Assembly (NCBI GenBank): GCA_046052125.1
Contig: JBJOMY010000004.1
Location: forward strand, 160,001 to 224,000
Source of the DNA: Cyanobacteriota bacterium
GTDB taxonomy: Bacteria > Cyanobacteriota > Cyanobacteriia > PCC-6307 > Cyanobiaceae
Length of the DNA: 64,000 nucleotides
Reading direction: 5' to 3'
Of this stretch, positions 27,953-39,138 are shown one piece after another (positions within the stretch are counted from its first letter, which is position 1; the number at the start of each line of letters is the position of its first letter). The position numbers were made by a program, and so were the translations under genes. The notes under the pieces are model-generated. The model had not been told where the DNA came from, made no database searches, and saw nothing but the letters and a program-made list of their open reading frames with translations.

Positions 27953-29908
27953 TCAGCTCGATTTGTAGGCCGCCAGCAACCAGCGCTCGCCGTCGCGCGC
28001 AAACACATAGGTATTGCGCAGGGTGGTGTTGGCGGTCTGCCCCAGCAGCTTGCCGCTGCTGTCGCGGCGCTCGTCGCTGTACTGGAGCGTCACCTGGGCA
28101 GCAATGCGGTTGGCGCTGCGCTCGCTCACGCTGAAGCTCTGCACGTTGGTGGTCACGGTTTCTGTGGCGCCGGCGCTGCGGTTGGCCTGCAGCTGCTGTT
28201 GCAGTCGCTCCACCTGGCTGCTGCGGGCCAGGTCTGCCAGAGCCACGGGAGAGGCTTGGCCAGCCAGCACAGCGGCCTTGGCGGTGAGCCAGGCTTCCAG
28301 TAGCTCCTGGAGCTGGGCATCGCTGGGCTCGGCCGCGCTGAGTGGGAAGGCCGGAGCGGGTGGCTTCGGAGGTGGCTCGGGTGCCACAGGCTTGCTCTGC
28401 TCGGCTGGCTGCACCGGCAGCGGCTGGGCGGTTTCCGTGCGGGGGCGCTGCAGTAGCCATCCGCCAAGCGAGATCAGCACCACCACAGCGCCGGCGGCCG
28501 GCAGGCCCCAGCGGGGCAGATCCTTCAGGGCAGGAAGCTCGGGGAGTTGCGGCAGCTCGGGCCAGCGCCAGCGGGGGCCGTCCCAGAGATCGTCCTCTTC
28601 GGGTGGCTCCTCAGCGGCCTGCGGCGCTTCAGCGGGGGCATCGAGGTTGAACTCGGGCCAGCTCAGTGCCGGCTCGGTTGTATCGGCGGCGAAGGGGGCG
28701 GGCTCCTGCGGCGTACGCGCCGTGCTCTGTCGGCCGCGGATGCGGTCCTGCTGCTCCACATAGGCCTGCACATCGCGGTCAGCGAACCAGGCCTCGAGAT
28801 CCACATCCGCTTCGATATCGCGGAAGCCCGGCAGCACCTCGCGGCTCAACCAGTCGCGGCAGTAGGCGCAGAGGCGGGCCAGGGGGTCGTCGCTCTGCTC
28901 CTGGGCCCACTGGCGCAGCTCGGCATCTGCACCGGCATCAAACAGTGCTTGGGCCTGCTCCACCTGGCCCAGCAGGAGCTGCTGGCAGGCCAGGAACACG
29001 TCGGTGCCGGGTTGGCCGCCCGCCTCAAGCCGCTGGAATGCCGCCTGGATGCGTTCGGGCTTGCGCTGCACAAAGCCGGCAGCGGTGAGCGCAAAGCTGG
29101 CCAGAAAGTCTGCGGTGGCGGAGCCGCTGTCCGCCCAGCGGCTAAACAGATCCACCTGCTCCTGCACGGTCAGGAACTGACGGATCTGTTTGAAAAAGGG
29201 TTGGAATTCGGCCTGAGGGAACTCCGAATCGAGCTCGCCCTCCAGGCCTCCCCGCTGCTGCACGAGCTGCTCCAGCAGGGTGATGCCTTCTTGCCGAGAC
29301 CCAACCGCCGAAAGATCGCGGCTGATCAGGTCGAGCACTCGATAAGGCAGCAGGCTTTTGAGCTCCTGCTCCAGTTGGCGGCGCTGTTCCGGCAGCTGGC
29401 CCATGCGCTGCAGCAATTGCAGACCTTGCTGCAGGGTGCGGGCGGCGGCCTCAAAGCGGCGTTGGCTGCGGAAATCGCTCGCGGCTGCTTTGCAGGCCAG
29501 TCCGGCTAAGAGGGTGAGATCTGCTTCTCGGCTGCTGCCGAGGGCTGGGGCCTGGGGGGGCTGAAGGCCACGGCTTGCTGCTTCGAAGGCCTCCTGCGCC
29601 TGCCCTGCTTCCATCAGCAGCAGCAGCCCGCCCACCTCGCGTGAGGGGGGAATCTCCAAGGCGGCGATGGAGCCTTCGCCGTTGTCGGCGATGGCCGTGA
29701 GCTCGCGCTCGTAGGCATGGCGCCTCTCCTCATCACTGAGGAGTTCGGCGCTCGCCTGCAGCAATTCAGCCCGGGCCTGCAGGGTGTCGTGGGTAAAGCC
29801 TTGATCCGGCGCACGATCCAAGCGTTGCTGCAGGGTGCGCAGCACCGATTCGCTATCGGTCGTGGCGGAAACCCCGAGGAGGCGGAAGTGATCGATCGGC
29901 AGTTCCAA
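27953..29908 (-). CDS. ftn2: Cell division protein Ftn2/ZipN (ARC6 homolog)
   Basis: MELPIDHFRLLG J-like N-terminus, LCAYCRDWL…VLPGFRD, single TM segment, C-terminal IMS-like domain. Confidence 0.9.
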   Translation of the reverse strand: MELPIDHFRLLGVSATTDSESVLRTLQQRLDRAPDQGFTHDTLQARAELLQASAELLSDEERRHAYERELTAIADNGEGSIAALEIPPSREVGGLLLLMEAGQAQEAFEAASRGLQPPQAPALGSSREADLTLLAGLACKAAASDFRSQRRFEAAARTLQQGLQLLQRMGQLPEQRRQLEQELKSLLPYRVLDLISRDLSAVGSRQEGITLLEQLVQQRGGLEGELDSEFPQAEFQPFFKQIRQFLTVQEQVDLFSRWADSGSATADFLASFALTAAGFVQRKPERIQAAFQRLEAGGQPGTDVFLACQQLLLGQVEQAQALFDAGADAELRQWAQEQSDDPLARLCAYCRDWLSREVLPGFRDIEADVDLEAWFADRDVQAYVEQQDRIRGRQSTARTPQEPAPFAADTTEPALSWPEFNLDAPAEAPQAAEEPPEEDDLWDGPRWRWPELPQLPELPALKDLPRWGLPAAGAVVVLISLGGWLLQRPRTETAQPLPVQPAEQSKPVAPEPPPKPPAPAFPLSAAEPSDAQLQELLEAWLTAKAAVLAGQASPVALADLARSSQVERLQQQLQANRSAGATETVTTNVQSFSVSERSANRIAAQVTLQYSDERRDSSGKLLGQTANTTLRNTYVFARDGERWLLAAYKSS

Positions 29909-30038
29909 TCCGCCCGGTTCGCTTGGGCGTGACTGTAGTCAGGGTCTGTGGTTTTGGCCTGGTCCTGCACACCGCTTGGTGATGGACCCCGTACAGTCGC
30001 CTCAGCATCAGTAGTGGCCGGACAGCCGGAAACCGCGC

Positions 30039-31148
30039 ATGACACAGGCAGATCTCGGCCAGAGCGTCGCCAGCAACGGGGCTCCCGGCTGCTCCGCCGA
30101 TGTGAATGCCGTTGGCTTGCACGCCGAGCGTCTGCTGAACCTCTACCCCTCCACCCCCGCTGTGGTGACGCGGGATGAGGGCCTGATGCTCTACCGCGAC
30201 ATGGTCCTGGGTCGGCGCTTCGAAGACAAGTGCGCCGAGATGTATTACCGGGGCAAGATGTTCGGCTTCGTGCACCTCTACAACGGCCAGGAGGCCGTGA
30301 GCACGGGCGTCATCAAGGCGATGAAGATGCAGCACGACTGGTTCTGCAGCACCTATCGCGATCACGTGCACGCCCTCAGCTGCGGGGTTCCGGCCCGCGA
30401 GGTGATGAGCGAGCTGTTCGGTAAGGAAACCGGTTGCAGCAAGGGCCGCGGCGGCTCGATGCACCTCTTTTCAAAGGAGCACCATCTGCTCGGTGGCTAC
30501 GCCTTTATTGGTGAAGGCATCCCCGTGGCCCTTGGCGCCGCCTTCACCAGCCGCTACAAGCGTGACGCTCTCGGTGATGCCAGCAGCGATGCCGTGACCG
30601 CCGCCTTCTTCGGCGATGGCACCTGCAACATCGGTCAGTTCTATGAGTGCCTGAACATGGCGGCGCTCTGGAAGCTGCCGATCATTTTCGTGGTGGAGAA
30701 CAACAAGTGGGCCATCGGCATGGACCACAACCGTGCCACCAGCGACCCCGAGATCTGGCGCAAAGCTGCGGCCTTCGGCATGGCCGGTGAAGAGGTGGAT
30801 GGCATGGATGTGTTGGCGGTGCGTGGTGCCGCCCAACGCGCCATCGAGCGCGCCCGCGCCGGTGAAGGCCCCACCCTGCTGGAGTGCCTCACCTACCGCT
30901 TCCGCGGCCACTCCCTCGCTGATCCCGATGAGCTGCGTGCCGAGGCAGAGAAGGAGTTCTGGGCTCAGCGCGATCCGATCAAGCAGCTGGCCGCTCACCT
31001 GATCGAGCACAACCTCGCCACGGCCGATGAGCTCAAGGGCATCGACAAGGAGATCGATGCCGAAGTGGCCGACTGCGTGGAGTTCGCGCTGGCTGCTCCC
31101 GAGCCCAAGCCTGAAGAGCTCACCCGCTACATCTGGGCTGAAGATTGA
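30039..31148 (+). CDS. pdhA: Pyruvate dehydrogenase E1 alpha subunit
   Basis: [24 protein letters not shown]…ENN TPP motif, [11 protein letters not shown]. Confidence 0.97.
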   Translation: MTQADLGQSVASNGAPGCSADVNAVGLHAERLLNLYPSTPAVVTRDEGLMLYRDMVLGRRFEDKCAEMYYRGKMFGFVHLYNGQEAVSTGVIKAMKMQHDWFCSTYRDHVHALSCGVPAREVMSELFGKETGCSKGRGGSMHLFSKEHHLLGGYAFIGEGIPVALGAAFTSRYKRDALGDASSDAVTAAFFGDGTCNIGQFYECLNMAALWKLPIIFVVENNKWAIGMDHNRATSDPEIWRKAAAFGMAGEEVDGMDVLAVRGAAQRAIERARAGEGPTLLECLTYRFRGHSLADPDELRAEAEKEFWAQRDPIKQLAAHLIEHNLATADELKGIDKEIDAEVADCVEFALAAPEPKPEELTRYIWAED

Positions 31149-31187
31149 TCCTGGGATCGCTGGCTGCGGCCGCGATCCAACCAGGAA

Positions 31188-32102
31188 TCACAGGGCATGC
31201 AGCCGGGCCTGCTCCTTGGCGGCTCTGAACACCAGCGCGTGCCGTTGCACCAAAGGAGTGAGCTCGTCGTAGCCACCGCCAATCACGGTGGCTACAGGGA
31301 TCGATCGCCTCAGGCAGGCATCCAGCACCAAGCGGTCGCGGTTGAGCAACCCGTTGCTGCTGAGGTTCAACCGCCCTAGCCGGTCGCCATGGTGGGGATC
31401 CACGCCGGCGTTGTAAAGCACCAGATCCGGTTGCACGCGATCGAGTAGCTCGGGAATCAGATCGCCGATGGCCAGCAGATAGTCGTCATCACCGAGTCCA
31501 TCGTCGAGGGGTAGGTCGACATCGCTGCTCTGTTTGCGCAGTGGGAAGTTGCTCTGGCAGTGGGCTGAGAAGGTGAACACCCTCGGATCGCCGGCGAAGA
31601 TCGCCGCTGTGGCATCCCCCTGGTGCACGTCAAGGTCGATCACCATCAGTTGTTGCACCAGCCCTTCCGCCAGCAGCACCCGGGCGGCTACGGCGCAATC
31701 GTTGAAGATGCAGAAGCCGCTGCCGTGATCGGGGTAGGCGTGATGGGTGCCGCCGGCGAGATGGCAGGCGAGGCCGTGCTGGAGCGCCAGCCGCGCCGTG
31801 ACCACGGTGCCGCCCACCGCCAGCCAGGTGCGCTGCACCAGGGGTGTGGTGGCTGGCAGGCCGATGCGCCGCTGCTCCGAATGGGTGAGTTCGCCGCGGG
31901 CAAACGCCTCGTGGTAGCGCGGTTCATGCACCAGCTCCAGCCAACGCCGCGGCGCCGGCATGGGCCGGTGGATCTGCGCTTCGCTGGCCAGGCCCTGATC
32001 CAGCAAGAGCTGATGCAGCAGCCGAAATTTGGCCATCGGAAAGCGATGGCTGCTGGGCAGCGGCGCCGAATAGGCCGGGTGGTAGACGAAAGGTGGCCTC
32101 AG
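31188..32102 (-). CDS. Histone deacetylase-family (AcuC-like) amidohydrolase
   Basis: GGTHHA, GFCIFND, IDLDVHQGD, YNAGVD and GGGY motifs. The frame continues upstream of ATG 32036 through VYHPAY…HRFPM, so the start is probably CTG at 32102. Confidence 0.88.
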   Translation of the reverse strand: MRPPFVYHPAYSAPLPSSHRFPMAKFRLLHQLLLDQGLASEAQIHRPMPAPRRWLELVHEPRYHEAFARGELTHSEQRRIGLPATTPLVQRTWLAVGGTVVTARLALQHGLACHLAGGTHHAYPDHGSGFCIFNDCAVAARVLLAEGLVQQLMVIDLDVHQGDATAAIFAGDPRVFTFSAHCQSNFPLRKQSSDVDLPLDDGLGDDDYLLAIGDLIPELLDRVQPDLVLYNAGVDPHHGDRLGRLNLSSNGLLNRDRLVLDACLRRSIPVATVIGGGYDELTPLVQRHALVFRAAKEQARLHAL

Positions 32103-32109
32103 GGCCGCA

Positions 32110-33039
32110 TCAGAGGCTGGTAGGCATTCTGCGGGTGAGATGTCGCAGCTTGCGCAGGGCCTTCAGTTCCACCTGGCGCACCCGCTCGCGCGATACGTCG
32201 AGCATGCGGCCGATCTCGGCGAGGGTGTGGCGCTCTTCGCCCTCGAGGCCAAAACGAAGCTCCAGCACCTGCCGCTCCTGATCGGTGAGGTGGCTGAGCC
32301 AGCGACCCAGCTGCTCGTGGTGCATCCCGCGCTCCACCTGATCGAGCGGTTCGGCCTGGCTGTTGTCGGCGATGAGATCACCGAGGAAGCTGCGGCCTTC
32401 CTCTCCGTTCACCGGTGCATCGAGGCTGGAGGTGGTGAGGGCCTGGCGCAGCAGCGAATCGAGTTCATCGATCGGCATGTCCATGGCCTCGGCGATCTCC
32501 TTGCGGCTGGGCATCGCGCCGAGCTTGTGGGCCAGATCGAGGCTCACTTTGCGGATGGCGGTGAGGCGCTCGGAGAGATGAACCGGCAGGCGGATCGTGC
32601 GGGCCTGGCAGGCGATGGCCCGGGTCATGCTCTGGCGGATCCACCAGAAGGCATAGGTGGAAAACTTGTAACCGCGGGTGGGATCGAACTTCTCCACGGC
32701 CCGCTCCAGGCCGAGGGATCCTTCTTGGATCAGATCGAGCAGTTCAAGACCTTTGCCCTGATATTTCTTGGCAACGCTCACCACCAGACGGAGGTTGGCT
32801 TTCATCATCCGTTCCTTGGAACGGCGGCCGACGCGAATGGTTTTTTTCTCTTTATCAGAATAGTCCTGATCGCGTTCTTCTTCAGTTAGGCGCATCATCG
32901 CCTGCACCTGGTTGCCGAGTTCAATCTCTTCGGCTGGCGTCAGCAGGGGGACGCGACCAATGGTGGAGAGATACCAGCTGATGGGGTCGCTGCTCCGTCT
33001 GCGACTGGTGCCGCCTGGCGAAAGTCCGGACGCGGTCAT
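32110..33039 (-). CDS. Group 2 (RpoD-like) RNA polymerase sigma factor
   Basis: YLSTIGRVPLLT, ANLRLVVSVAKKY, DLIQEG, KFSTYAFWWIRQ and SRERVRQ; no region 1.1. Confidence 0.93.
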   Translation of the reverse strand: MTASGLSPGGTSRRRSSDPISWYLSTIGRVPLLTPAEEIELGNQVQAMMRLTEEERDQDYSDKEKKTIRVGRRSKERMMKANLRLVVSVAKKYQGKGLELLDLIQEGSLGLERAVEKFDPTRGYKFSTYAFWWIRQSMTRAIACQARTIRLPVHLSERLTAIRKVSLDLAHKLGAMPSRKEIAEAMDMPIDELDSLLRQALTTSSLDAPVNGEEGRSFLGDLIADNSQAEPLDQVERGMHHEQLGRWLSHLTDQERQVLELRFGLEGEERHTLAEIGRMLDVSRERVRQVELKALRKLRHLTRRMPTSL

Positions 33040-33137
33040 GAACCCTTATCTGGAAGTGAGAGGAATCTCCTATGGGTTTGGCAATAGTTGTTGTGATTTC
33101 AGATGCGCTTCAGCTTTCCGCAGTAAAAGCACACACA

Positions 33138-33153
33138 TGTGTTGAGACTCACG
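33138..33153. promoter_or_regulatory. Possible CRP-family binding site upstream of the sigma factor
   Basis: TGTGT-TGAGAC-TCACG, 8/10 match to TGTGA-N6-TCACA. Confidence 0.35.
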
Positions 33154-33169
33154 TGTTGGCGACGATGCT

Positions 33170-34756
33170 TTAGTCGTTTCCGGTTTCTTTATTATTTTTT
33201 TCTTGCTGCTCCAGGTGGCGAGCGGTGGCTATGGGGCTCGCGCCGCCGTAGCCCATCTCGGCGGCAGCCTGCGCACCAGCGCTGGCGTGTGCCAGGGCGC
33301 TGAGGGCCAGTAGGGCTGCATCCGCTCCCTGGCTTGAGGCGATTGCTCGTGCTCCAAGGCCGCCCGCATAGCCCGCCAGCACATCGCCCAGCCCAGCCCG
33401 TGCAGCGGCATCGCAGGCTTGCTTCAGTTGCCAGCGGCGTCCATCCGCTGCAGCGATCACCGTGCGGGCGCCCTTGAGCAGCACGCTGCACTGGCAGGCC
33501 TTGGCGGCCGCGGCAGCAGCCTCCAGCGGGGGCAGATCCGCCCAATCGGGAAACAGGCGTGCGAACTCGCCGGCGTGGGGGGTGAGCCAGGTGGGACCCT
33601 GCCGCTTCAACAGCCAGGCCTGGGCCCCGAGCTTGGCCAGCCGGTTGAGACCATCGGCATCAATCACCAGCAGTCCCGTGAACCGTTGCAGGGGATCCCA
33701 GGTGGACAGGTCGTCGTCGCTGTTGCCGAGGCCGGGGCCGATCACCAGGGCATCGAGGCGTTCAAGAGCTGAAGCTGGCAGAGCGCCGAGATTGAGGCTG
33801 CCATCGGCGTGGCTCGTTAAGGCGGCACTCACCACCACATGGGGCTGGCTGATCCACAGCTGATCGGCCAGAGCTGTTGGCAGAGCGGATCGCAGGCTGC
33901 CCACGCCGCTGGCACTGGCCCCCAGCAGGCAGAGCTGGCTGGCGCCTCGATAGGCCACGCTCCCGGCGATCACCAGCAGCCTGCCCCGTTGGTATTTGGA
34001 AGCGGCTGCTGCCGGTTGAGGCCAGGGTGCCGTTGCCAGGTCGCGGTACTCGAGAGCCAGAGGCTGCTGCAGCGGCAGGGTCTGCAGCAGTGAAGCCGGC
34101 AAGCCGAGGTTGATGCGTTCCAGCTCACCCACCCAGGCGAGGGCGGTGTCTTGCACAAAGCCTTGTTTGATGAGCCCGATGCTGAGGCTGAGGCTGGCGC
34201 AGGCCGCCACGCGCCCCAGCGGCAGGCCTCGATCAGCGCAGAGCCCTGTGGGGCCATCGATGGCGATCAGTCGGTGGGGTTGCAGCCGCTGCCGCTGCTC
34301 CAGCAACGTCTGAAGGCGCTCGTCAGGGGCGCGGCTCTGACCGATGCCGAACAGGGCATCGATCCAGATCGCTGGATCGGCGGGATCGGGTTCTGCGCTC
34401 TGCTGTGGGATGCCTAGCCAGCTGGCATGGCGGAGATGGGCTGCGGTGAGTGGTTTGTGGCGCTCAAACGGGCTCCAGATCCGCACAGCGATGCCTGCCA
34501 GGTGCAGTTCGCGTGCCACCACCAAGCCATCGCCGCCGTTATGGCCCGGCCCCACCAGCACCAGGGCGCCGTGCCGCTGGAAGTGCGGCCACCAATCGGG
34601 TTGCATCAGCCGCTGTGCCACCGCCAGGGCGGCCTTCTCCATCAGCGCCTCCACCGGCAGCCCGCTGGCAAACAGCTGCTCTTCAAGGGCGGCCATCTGC
34701 TCGCCGCTCACCAGGAGATGGTCGGCATCGCGGCTGGGCCAGACGATCTGAGGCAA
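33170..34756 (-). CDS. nnr: Bifunctional NAD(P)H-hydrate epimerase/dehydratase (YjeF/Nnr)
   Basis: LMEKA, GPGHNGGDG, DALFGIG, IGPGLG, IDADGL, TPHAGE and GLGDVLAG motifs. Confidence 0.93.
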   Translation of the reverse strand: MPQIVWPSRDADHLLVSGEQMAALEEQLFASGLPVEALMEKAALAVAQRLMQPDWWPHFQRHGALVLVGPGHNGGDGLVVARELHLAGIAVRIWSPFERHKPLTAAHLRHASWLGIPQQSAEPDPADPAIWIDALFGIGQSRAPDERLQTLLEQRQRLQPHRLIAIDGPTGLCADRGLPLGRVAACASLSLSIGLIKQGFVQDTALAWVGELERINLGLPASLLQTLPLQQPLALEYRDLATAPWPQPAAAASKYQRGRLLVIAGSVAYRGASQLCLLGASASGVGSLRSALPTALADQLWISQPHVVVSAALTSHADGSLNLGALPASALERLDALVIGPGLGNSDDDLSTWDPLQRFTGLLVIDADGLNRLAKLGAQAWLLKRQGPTWLTPHAGEFARLFPDWADLPPLEAAAAAAKACQCSVLLKGARTVIAAADGRRWQLKQACDAAARAGLGDVLAGYAGGLGARAIASSQGADAALLALSALAHASAGAQAAAEMGYGGASPIATARHLEQQEKNNKETGND

Positions 34757-34832
34757 GGCAGGCCAGGAGGCGGCAGTTCCATGATGGAGAGATCGCCTGG
34801 ATCAAGCCGCAGGGCTTGATCGTTTTGTTGGT

Positions 34833-36017
34833 TTGGCTCGTTTTTCTGCGATTCCCAGTGCCGCTGATCCCTCGGTGGCTGCAACGCCGGCCGGGGCATC
34901 GGCCCTGCAGCGGCTTGCCGCCTGGCCAGGAGAGCACCGGGTGGCCGTGGGGCTCTCAGGCGGTGTGGATAGCTCCCTCACCGCGGCGCTGCTCGTGGAA
35001 GCGGGCTGGCAGGTGGAGGGCCTCACCCTCTGGCTGATGAGCGGCAAGGGAGCGTGCTGCGCCGAGGGTTTGGTGGATGCAGCCGGGATCTGTGAGCAGT
35101 TGGGCGTGGAGCACCACGTGGTGGATTTCCGCGAGCACTTCAAGGAGCAGATCGTGGATTTCCTGGTGCAGGGCTATGGCGATGGCGTGACACCTCTGCC
35201 CTGCTCCCGTTGCAACCGGGAAGTGAAATTCGGGCCGATGTTGCAGTGGGCCCAGGAGCAGCGCGGCATTGAGCGGATCGCCACCGGTCACTACGCCCGC
35301 GTCTGCCATGGCGAGCAGAGCGATAACGGCCGCCACCAGCTGCTGCGGGGCCTCGATCGCCAGAAGGATCAGAGCTACTTCCTCTACGACCTTCCCCAGG
35401 AGGCCCTGGGCCGGCTGGTGTTTCCGCTCGGTGAGCTCACCAAGGCCGACACCCGCGCGGAAGCGGCCCGCCATGGACTGCGCACCGCCGAGAAGCCGGA
35501 AAGCCAGGACCTTTGCCTGGCGGATCACCACGGTTCGATGCGGGCCTTTCTCGACACCTACCTGCCGCCTCGCAAGGGCGAGATTGTGCTCAGTGACGGC
35601 CGGGTCGTGGGTGAGCACGACGGCATTCAGCACTTCACCATCGGCCAGCGCAAAGGCCTAGGGGTGGCCTGGAGCGAGCCGCTGCACGTGGTGCGCCTCG
35701 ATGGTGCGATGAATCAGGTGGTGGTGGCGCCGCGCCGGGACGCTGCCCGCAGCGATGCCTTGGTTGGGGCGGTGAATTGGGTGTCGATCGCGCCCCCTGA
35801 GCAGCCGCTCGAGGTGGAAGTGCAAGTGCGCTACCGCAGTGGAGCCGTGGCGGCCCGGTTGTCTCCACTGCCAGCCACTGAGGTGGACGTTGCCGCAGGT
35901 CGCCCACACCGTTGCCGGCTGGACTTTGCCGACGAGCAGTTTTCGATCACGCCTGGCCAGGCCGCGGTGTTTTATGCGGGGGATCGGGTGCTGGGGGGTG
36001 GGTTAATCCAGCGCTGA
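34833..36017 (+). CDS. mnmA: tRNA 2-thiouridine(34) synthase
   Basis: [42 protein letters not shown] and TPGQAAVFY motifs. Confidence 0.97.
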   Translation: MARFSAIPSAADPSVAATPAGASALQRLAAWPGEHRVAVGLSGGVDSSLTAALLVEAGWQVEGLTLWLMSGKGACCAEGLVDAAGICEQLGVEHHVVDFREHFKEQIVDFLVQGYGDGVTPLPCSRCNREVKFGPMLQWAQEQRGIERIATGHYARVCHGEQSDNGRHQLLRGLDRQKDQSYFLYDLPQEALGRLVFPLGELTKADTRAEAARHGLRTAEKPESQDLCLADHHGSMRAFLDTYLPPRKGEIVLSDGRVVGEHDGIQHFTIGQRKGLGVAWSEPLHVVRLDGAMNQVVVAPRRDAARSDALVGAVNWVSIAPPEQPLEVEVQVRYRSGAVAARLSPLPATEVDVAAGRPHRCRLDFADEQFSITPGQAAVFYAGDRVLGGGLIQR

Positions 36018-36030
36018 TGCTGGAAGCCCT

Positions 36031-36270
36031 CTACCAGTAGGGGTCGGTGGAGAGCTCCACGCTGAGCGAGCCGCTGCGGCTGGCAGGCACGGTGGCAATG
36101 CAAGCGCGGATCGTGGTGCCATTCACGTCGATTTCGCAGGCGCCGCAGCTCCCCCCCAAGCACCCCGTTGGGATTGAGAAGCCTGCCTCGCGGGCCGCAT
36201 CAAGCCAGTCGCGTCCGGGGAGGCATCGGCTGGTGCGGCCCTCTGGCCAGTGGATCTGCACCTCCTTCAT
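36031..36270 (-). CDS. Small 2Fe-2S ferredoxin-like protein
   Basis: [13 protein letters not shown]…RAC cysteine pattern. Confidence 0.85.
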   Translation of the reverse strand: MKEVQIHWPEGRTSRCLPGRDWLDAAREAGFSIPTGCLGGSCGACEIDVNGTTIRACIATVPASRSGSLSVELSTDPYW

Positions 36271-37769
36271 GGCTCGCTCAGCAAGGGCTCCAGATTGATG
36301 TGCTGTTCGAAGGCATCGGCGAGTCGATCGAGCAGTGCCTCCCGTTGACGGCTGTGGTGCGGTTGCTGTTCGCTCAGCAATGGCAACCCCTTGCGTGCTC
36401 TCAACTGGTTCAACCAGCGGCGGCGCCAGGGCCCTCTTTCAAACACGCCGTGCAGGTAGGTGCCAGCCACGTTGCCCTGCACCCAACCCAGACCAGCATC
36501 AGCGCAGAGGGACTCACAGGGATCCAGAGCTGAGCTCGAGCCGCGATGGAGCTCGAAGCCCTCGATCGCGATCGGTTCTGAGCTGCCCCCGTTCACGCTG
36601 GGCCAGAGCGCCGGACTGTTCCTTTGGCGTAGGGCCTTCGTGCCGCCAAACACCGTGCGCAGCGGCAACAGGTTCAAACCACAGCTGTTCGACGCTCCGT
36701 TGCAGCTGCCTTCCAGGCCATCAGGGTCGCTCAGTTCGCGGCCCAGCAGCTGCATGCCGCCGCAGATGCCGAACACGTGGCCGCCGACTTGGGCATAGCG
36801 CTGCACTGCTGCTCCCAAGTTGCGGCTTTGCAGCGCCTCAAGATCCCGCAGGGTCTGCTTGCTGCCGGGCACCAACACCGCATCGGGATGGCCAAGCTCC
36901 TCGCCGGGCGCCACCCAGCGCAATTGCACCGTGGGCTCGGCCTCCAGCGGATCGAGATCGGAGAAATTGCTCAGGGAGGGCAGCTTGAGCACAGCGATCT
37001 CCAGCTCGGCACCGCGCTTGCGTCCGCGCCGTTCCAGTAGATCGAGGGAGTCTTCCGGTGGGAACAGCTCATCCAGCCAGGGCATCACCCCGAGCACCGG
37101 GATGCCGGTGTTGGCTTCCAGCCAGCGCCGGCCTTCATCAAAGAGTTCACGGCGCCCGCGGAAACGGTTGATCAGCAGGCCACGGATCAGCGGCCGCTCC
37201 ACTGGTCGCAGCAAGGCCAGCGTGCCCACCAGCTGGGCGAACACGCCGCCCCGCTCAATGTCGGCCACAAGGATGCAGTTGGCGCGCAGGTATTGGGCCA
37301 GCCGAAGATTGGTGAGGTCCCGCGGTTGCAGATTCACCTCCACCGGGCTGCCTGCCCCCTCCAGCACCAGCCGCCCGTCGGGGTATGCCGCTTGCAGTGC
37401 GCCCAGGCCTTGGCGGATTGAAGCCCAGCCGGGTCTGAACCAGTCGCGGTAGTAGTGCTCGGCGCGGCAGCTGCCCACCGATTGCCCCAGGTGGATGACT
37501 TCACTGGTGCTGTCGCCCTGGGGTTTGAGCAGCACCGGATTCATGGAGCACTGAGGCTCAACTCCTGCAGCCCAGGCTTGCAACGCTTGGGAGTAGGCCA
37601 TCTCGCCGCCGGCCTGATCCACCCAGGCGTTGTTGCTCATGTTCTGACCCTTGAAGGGCAGCGGCGTTTCACCGCGGCGCCGCAGCACGCGGCAGAGCGC
37701 GGCCGTCATCAACGACTTGCCGGCACCGCTGCTGGTGCCGAGCACCATCAAGGGGGTGGGTGATCTCAC
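36267..37769 (-). CDS. cobQ: Cobyric acid synthase
   Basis: [39 protein letters not shown] and GTYLHG motifs. Confidence 0.96.
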   Translation of the reverse strand: MRSPTPLMVLGTSSGAGKSLMTAALCRVLRRRGETPLPFKGQNMSNNAWVDQAGGEMAYSQALQAWAAGVEPQCSMNPVLLKPQGDSTSEVIHLGQSVGSCRAEHYYRDWFRPGWASIRQGLGALQAAYPDGRLVLEGAGSPVEVNLQPRDLTNLRLAQYLRANCILVADIERGGVFAQLVGTLALLRPVERPLIRGLLINRFRGRRELFDEGRRWLEANTGIPVLGVMPWLDELFPPEDSLDLLERRGRKRGAELEIAVLKLPSLSNFSDLDPLEAEPTVQLRWVAPGEELGHPDAVLVPGSKQTLRDLEALQSRNLGAAVQRYAQVGGHVFGICGGMQLLGRELSDPDGLEGSCNGASNSCGLNLLPLRTVFGGTKALRQRNSPALWPSVNGGSSEPIAIEGFELHRGSSSALDPCESLCADAGLGWVQGNVAGTYLHGVFERGPWRRRWLNQLRARKGLPLLSEQQPHHSRQREALLDRLADAFEQHINLEPLLSEP

Positions 37770-38128
37770 AGCCTTGGCTGATGGCGACGCAGCCAGTGCT
37801 TCAGGCGCATCAGCCAGCTGGCCGGCGGGATCGCCTCACCCCAGGGCTCGAGCACCTGCCGGCCCAGGGGAGTGAGGCGCACCCGTTCGGTCAGTCCCTG
37901 ACCGTCCACCTCACGACGCAGCACACCGAGCTGGATCAGCCAGATCAGGTGGTCTTCCGTTGCGTTCGTGCTCAGGGGCCAATCGGGCCTGGCTGCCAAT
38001 TGGGTGCTGCTCAGGGCTCCTTGCTCCAGCTCTTGGTAGAAGCTCAGGGCGAATGGAAGGGAGCGCACAGCCTGGCGGGCGCGTCTCAGGGCACGCTGAT
38101 CCTGGGGGCTGAGGGCTTGGGCCGTCAC
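37766..38128 (-). CDS. Npun_F0494-like cyanobacterial protein
   Basis: [29 protein letters not shown] winged-helix-like motif. Confidence 0.75.
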   Translation of the reverse strand: MTAQALSPQDQRALRRARQAVRSLPFALSFYQELEQGALSSTQLAARPDWPLSTNATEDHLIWLIQLGVLRREVDGQGLTERVRLTPLGRQVLEPWGEAIPPASWLMRLKHWLRRHQPRL

Positions 38129-38187
38129 GTAAGCAGTACCGCGTTGGTGGCTTCCGCTGGCATTCTCGGCCTACGCCTTGCTCACCG

Positions 38188-38775
38188 TTGATCGTGCTGC
38201 TGCTGGCTTCTGCTTCTCCTGCTCGTCGCCGTCTGCTGGAGCAGGCAGCCATTCCTCATTGTGTGCAGGTGAGTGGCGTGGATGAAGAGGCCATCACCGA
38301 TCCCGATCCGGTGCAGCTGGTGCAGCTGCTCGCTCAGGCCAAGGCGGCTGCCGTGTGCGGTTCGCTGATGAATCAAGGCGACAGCGATGTGACGGCTGTG
38401 TTGGGTTGTGATTCGGTGCTGGCGTTTGAGGGTGAGGTGTTTGGGAAACCAGCTGACGCCGATGAAGCCATCGCTCGCTGGCGGCAGATGGCGGGTCGCT
38501 GGGGAGAGCTCCACACCGGCCACTGTTTGTTGGCACCAACGGCTGAACTGCTGCACATCACCACCGTGACGACCCGGGTGCAGTTCGCCGCTTTGAGCGA
38601 TGCAGAGATTGATGTCTACGTGGCTAGCGGTGAGCCGTTGCAGTGTGCCGGTGGTTTTGCGCTCGAAGGCCGCGGTGGAGCGGTGGTGGAGCGCATCGAG
38701 GGTTGTTTTTCCAATGTGATCGGCCTCAGCTTGCCGTTGCTGCGGCGTTGGCTCATCGACGCACCACCGCACTGA
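38188..38775 (+). CDS. maf: Maf-family nucleoside triphosphate pyrophosphatase
   Basis: [21 protein letters not shown] and NVIGLSL motifs. Confidence 0.93.
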   Translation: MIVLLLASASPARRRLLEQAAIPHCVQVSGVDEEAITDPDPVQLVQLLAQAKAAAVCGSLMNQGDSDVTAVLGCDSVLAFEGEVFGKPADADEAIARWRQMAGRWGELHTGHCLLAPTAELLHITTVTTRVQFAALSDAEIDVYVASGEPLQCAGGFALEGRGGAVVERIEGCFSNVIGLSLPLLRRWLIDAPPH

Positions 38776-38867
38776 TTCCTCCAAGGCCTTGCACCAAAAA
38801 CGCATCGCTCTGTTGCCAGTGGCTGATCGCCGTGGCTAGGGCCTGGAGTAGCACTACCGCAACTCTG

Positions 38868-39125
38868 ATGAAGTCTCTTGCGCTGTTGGCTGCTGGATGC
38901 CTCCTGGCCTGGAGTGGTCTGCCCGCCAATGCCTCCTCGATCGAGCCGATTGAACGTCCACAGACAGCCCCCGCTGTCGAGCAGCCCGTGGTTGCCGAGC
39001 AAAGCCATCTTCAGGCTGCCTCAAACGCCATGCGCAGTGGGATCAGCCGCGATGGGGATCTGCCCTTGGAGTTCAAAAAGCCCACGGGGCCCCGTGGCCA
39101 CAACCTGATCAATCTCAGCTTCTAG
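38868..39125 (+). CDS. Small putative secreted protein (85 aa)
   Basis: MKSLALLAAGCLLAWSGLPANA signal peptide; ends …NLINLSF. Confidence 0.6.
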   Translation: MKSLALLAAGCLLAWSGLPANASSIEPIERPQTAPAVEQPVVAEQSHLQAASNAMRSGISRDGDLPLEFKKPTGPRGHNLINLSF

Positions 39126-39138
39126 TTCAGGTGCCATG

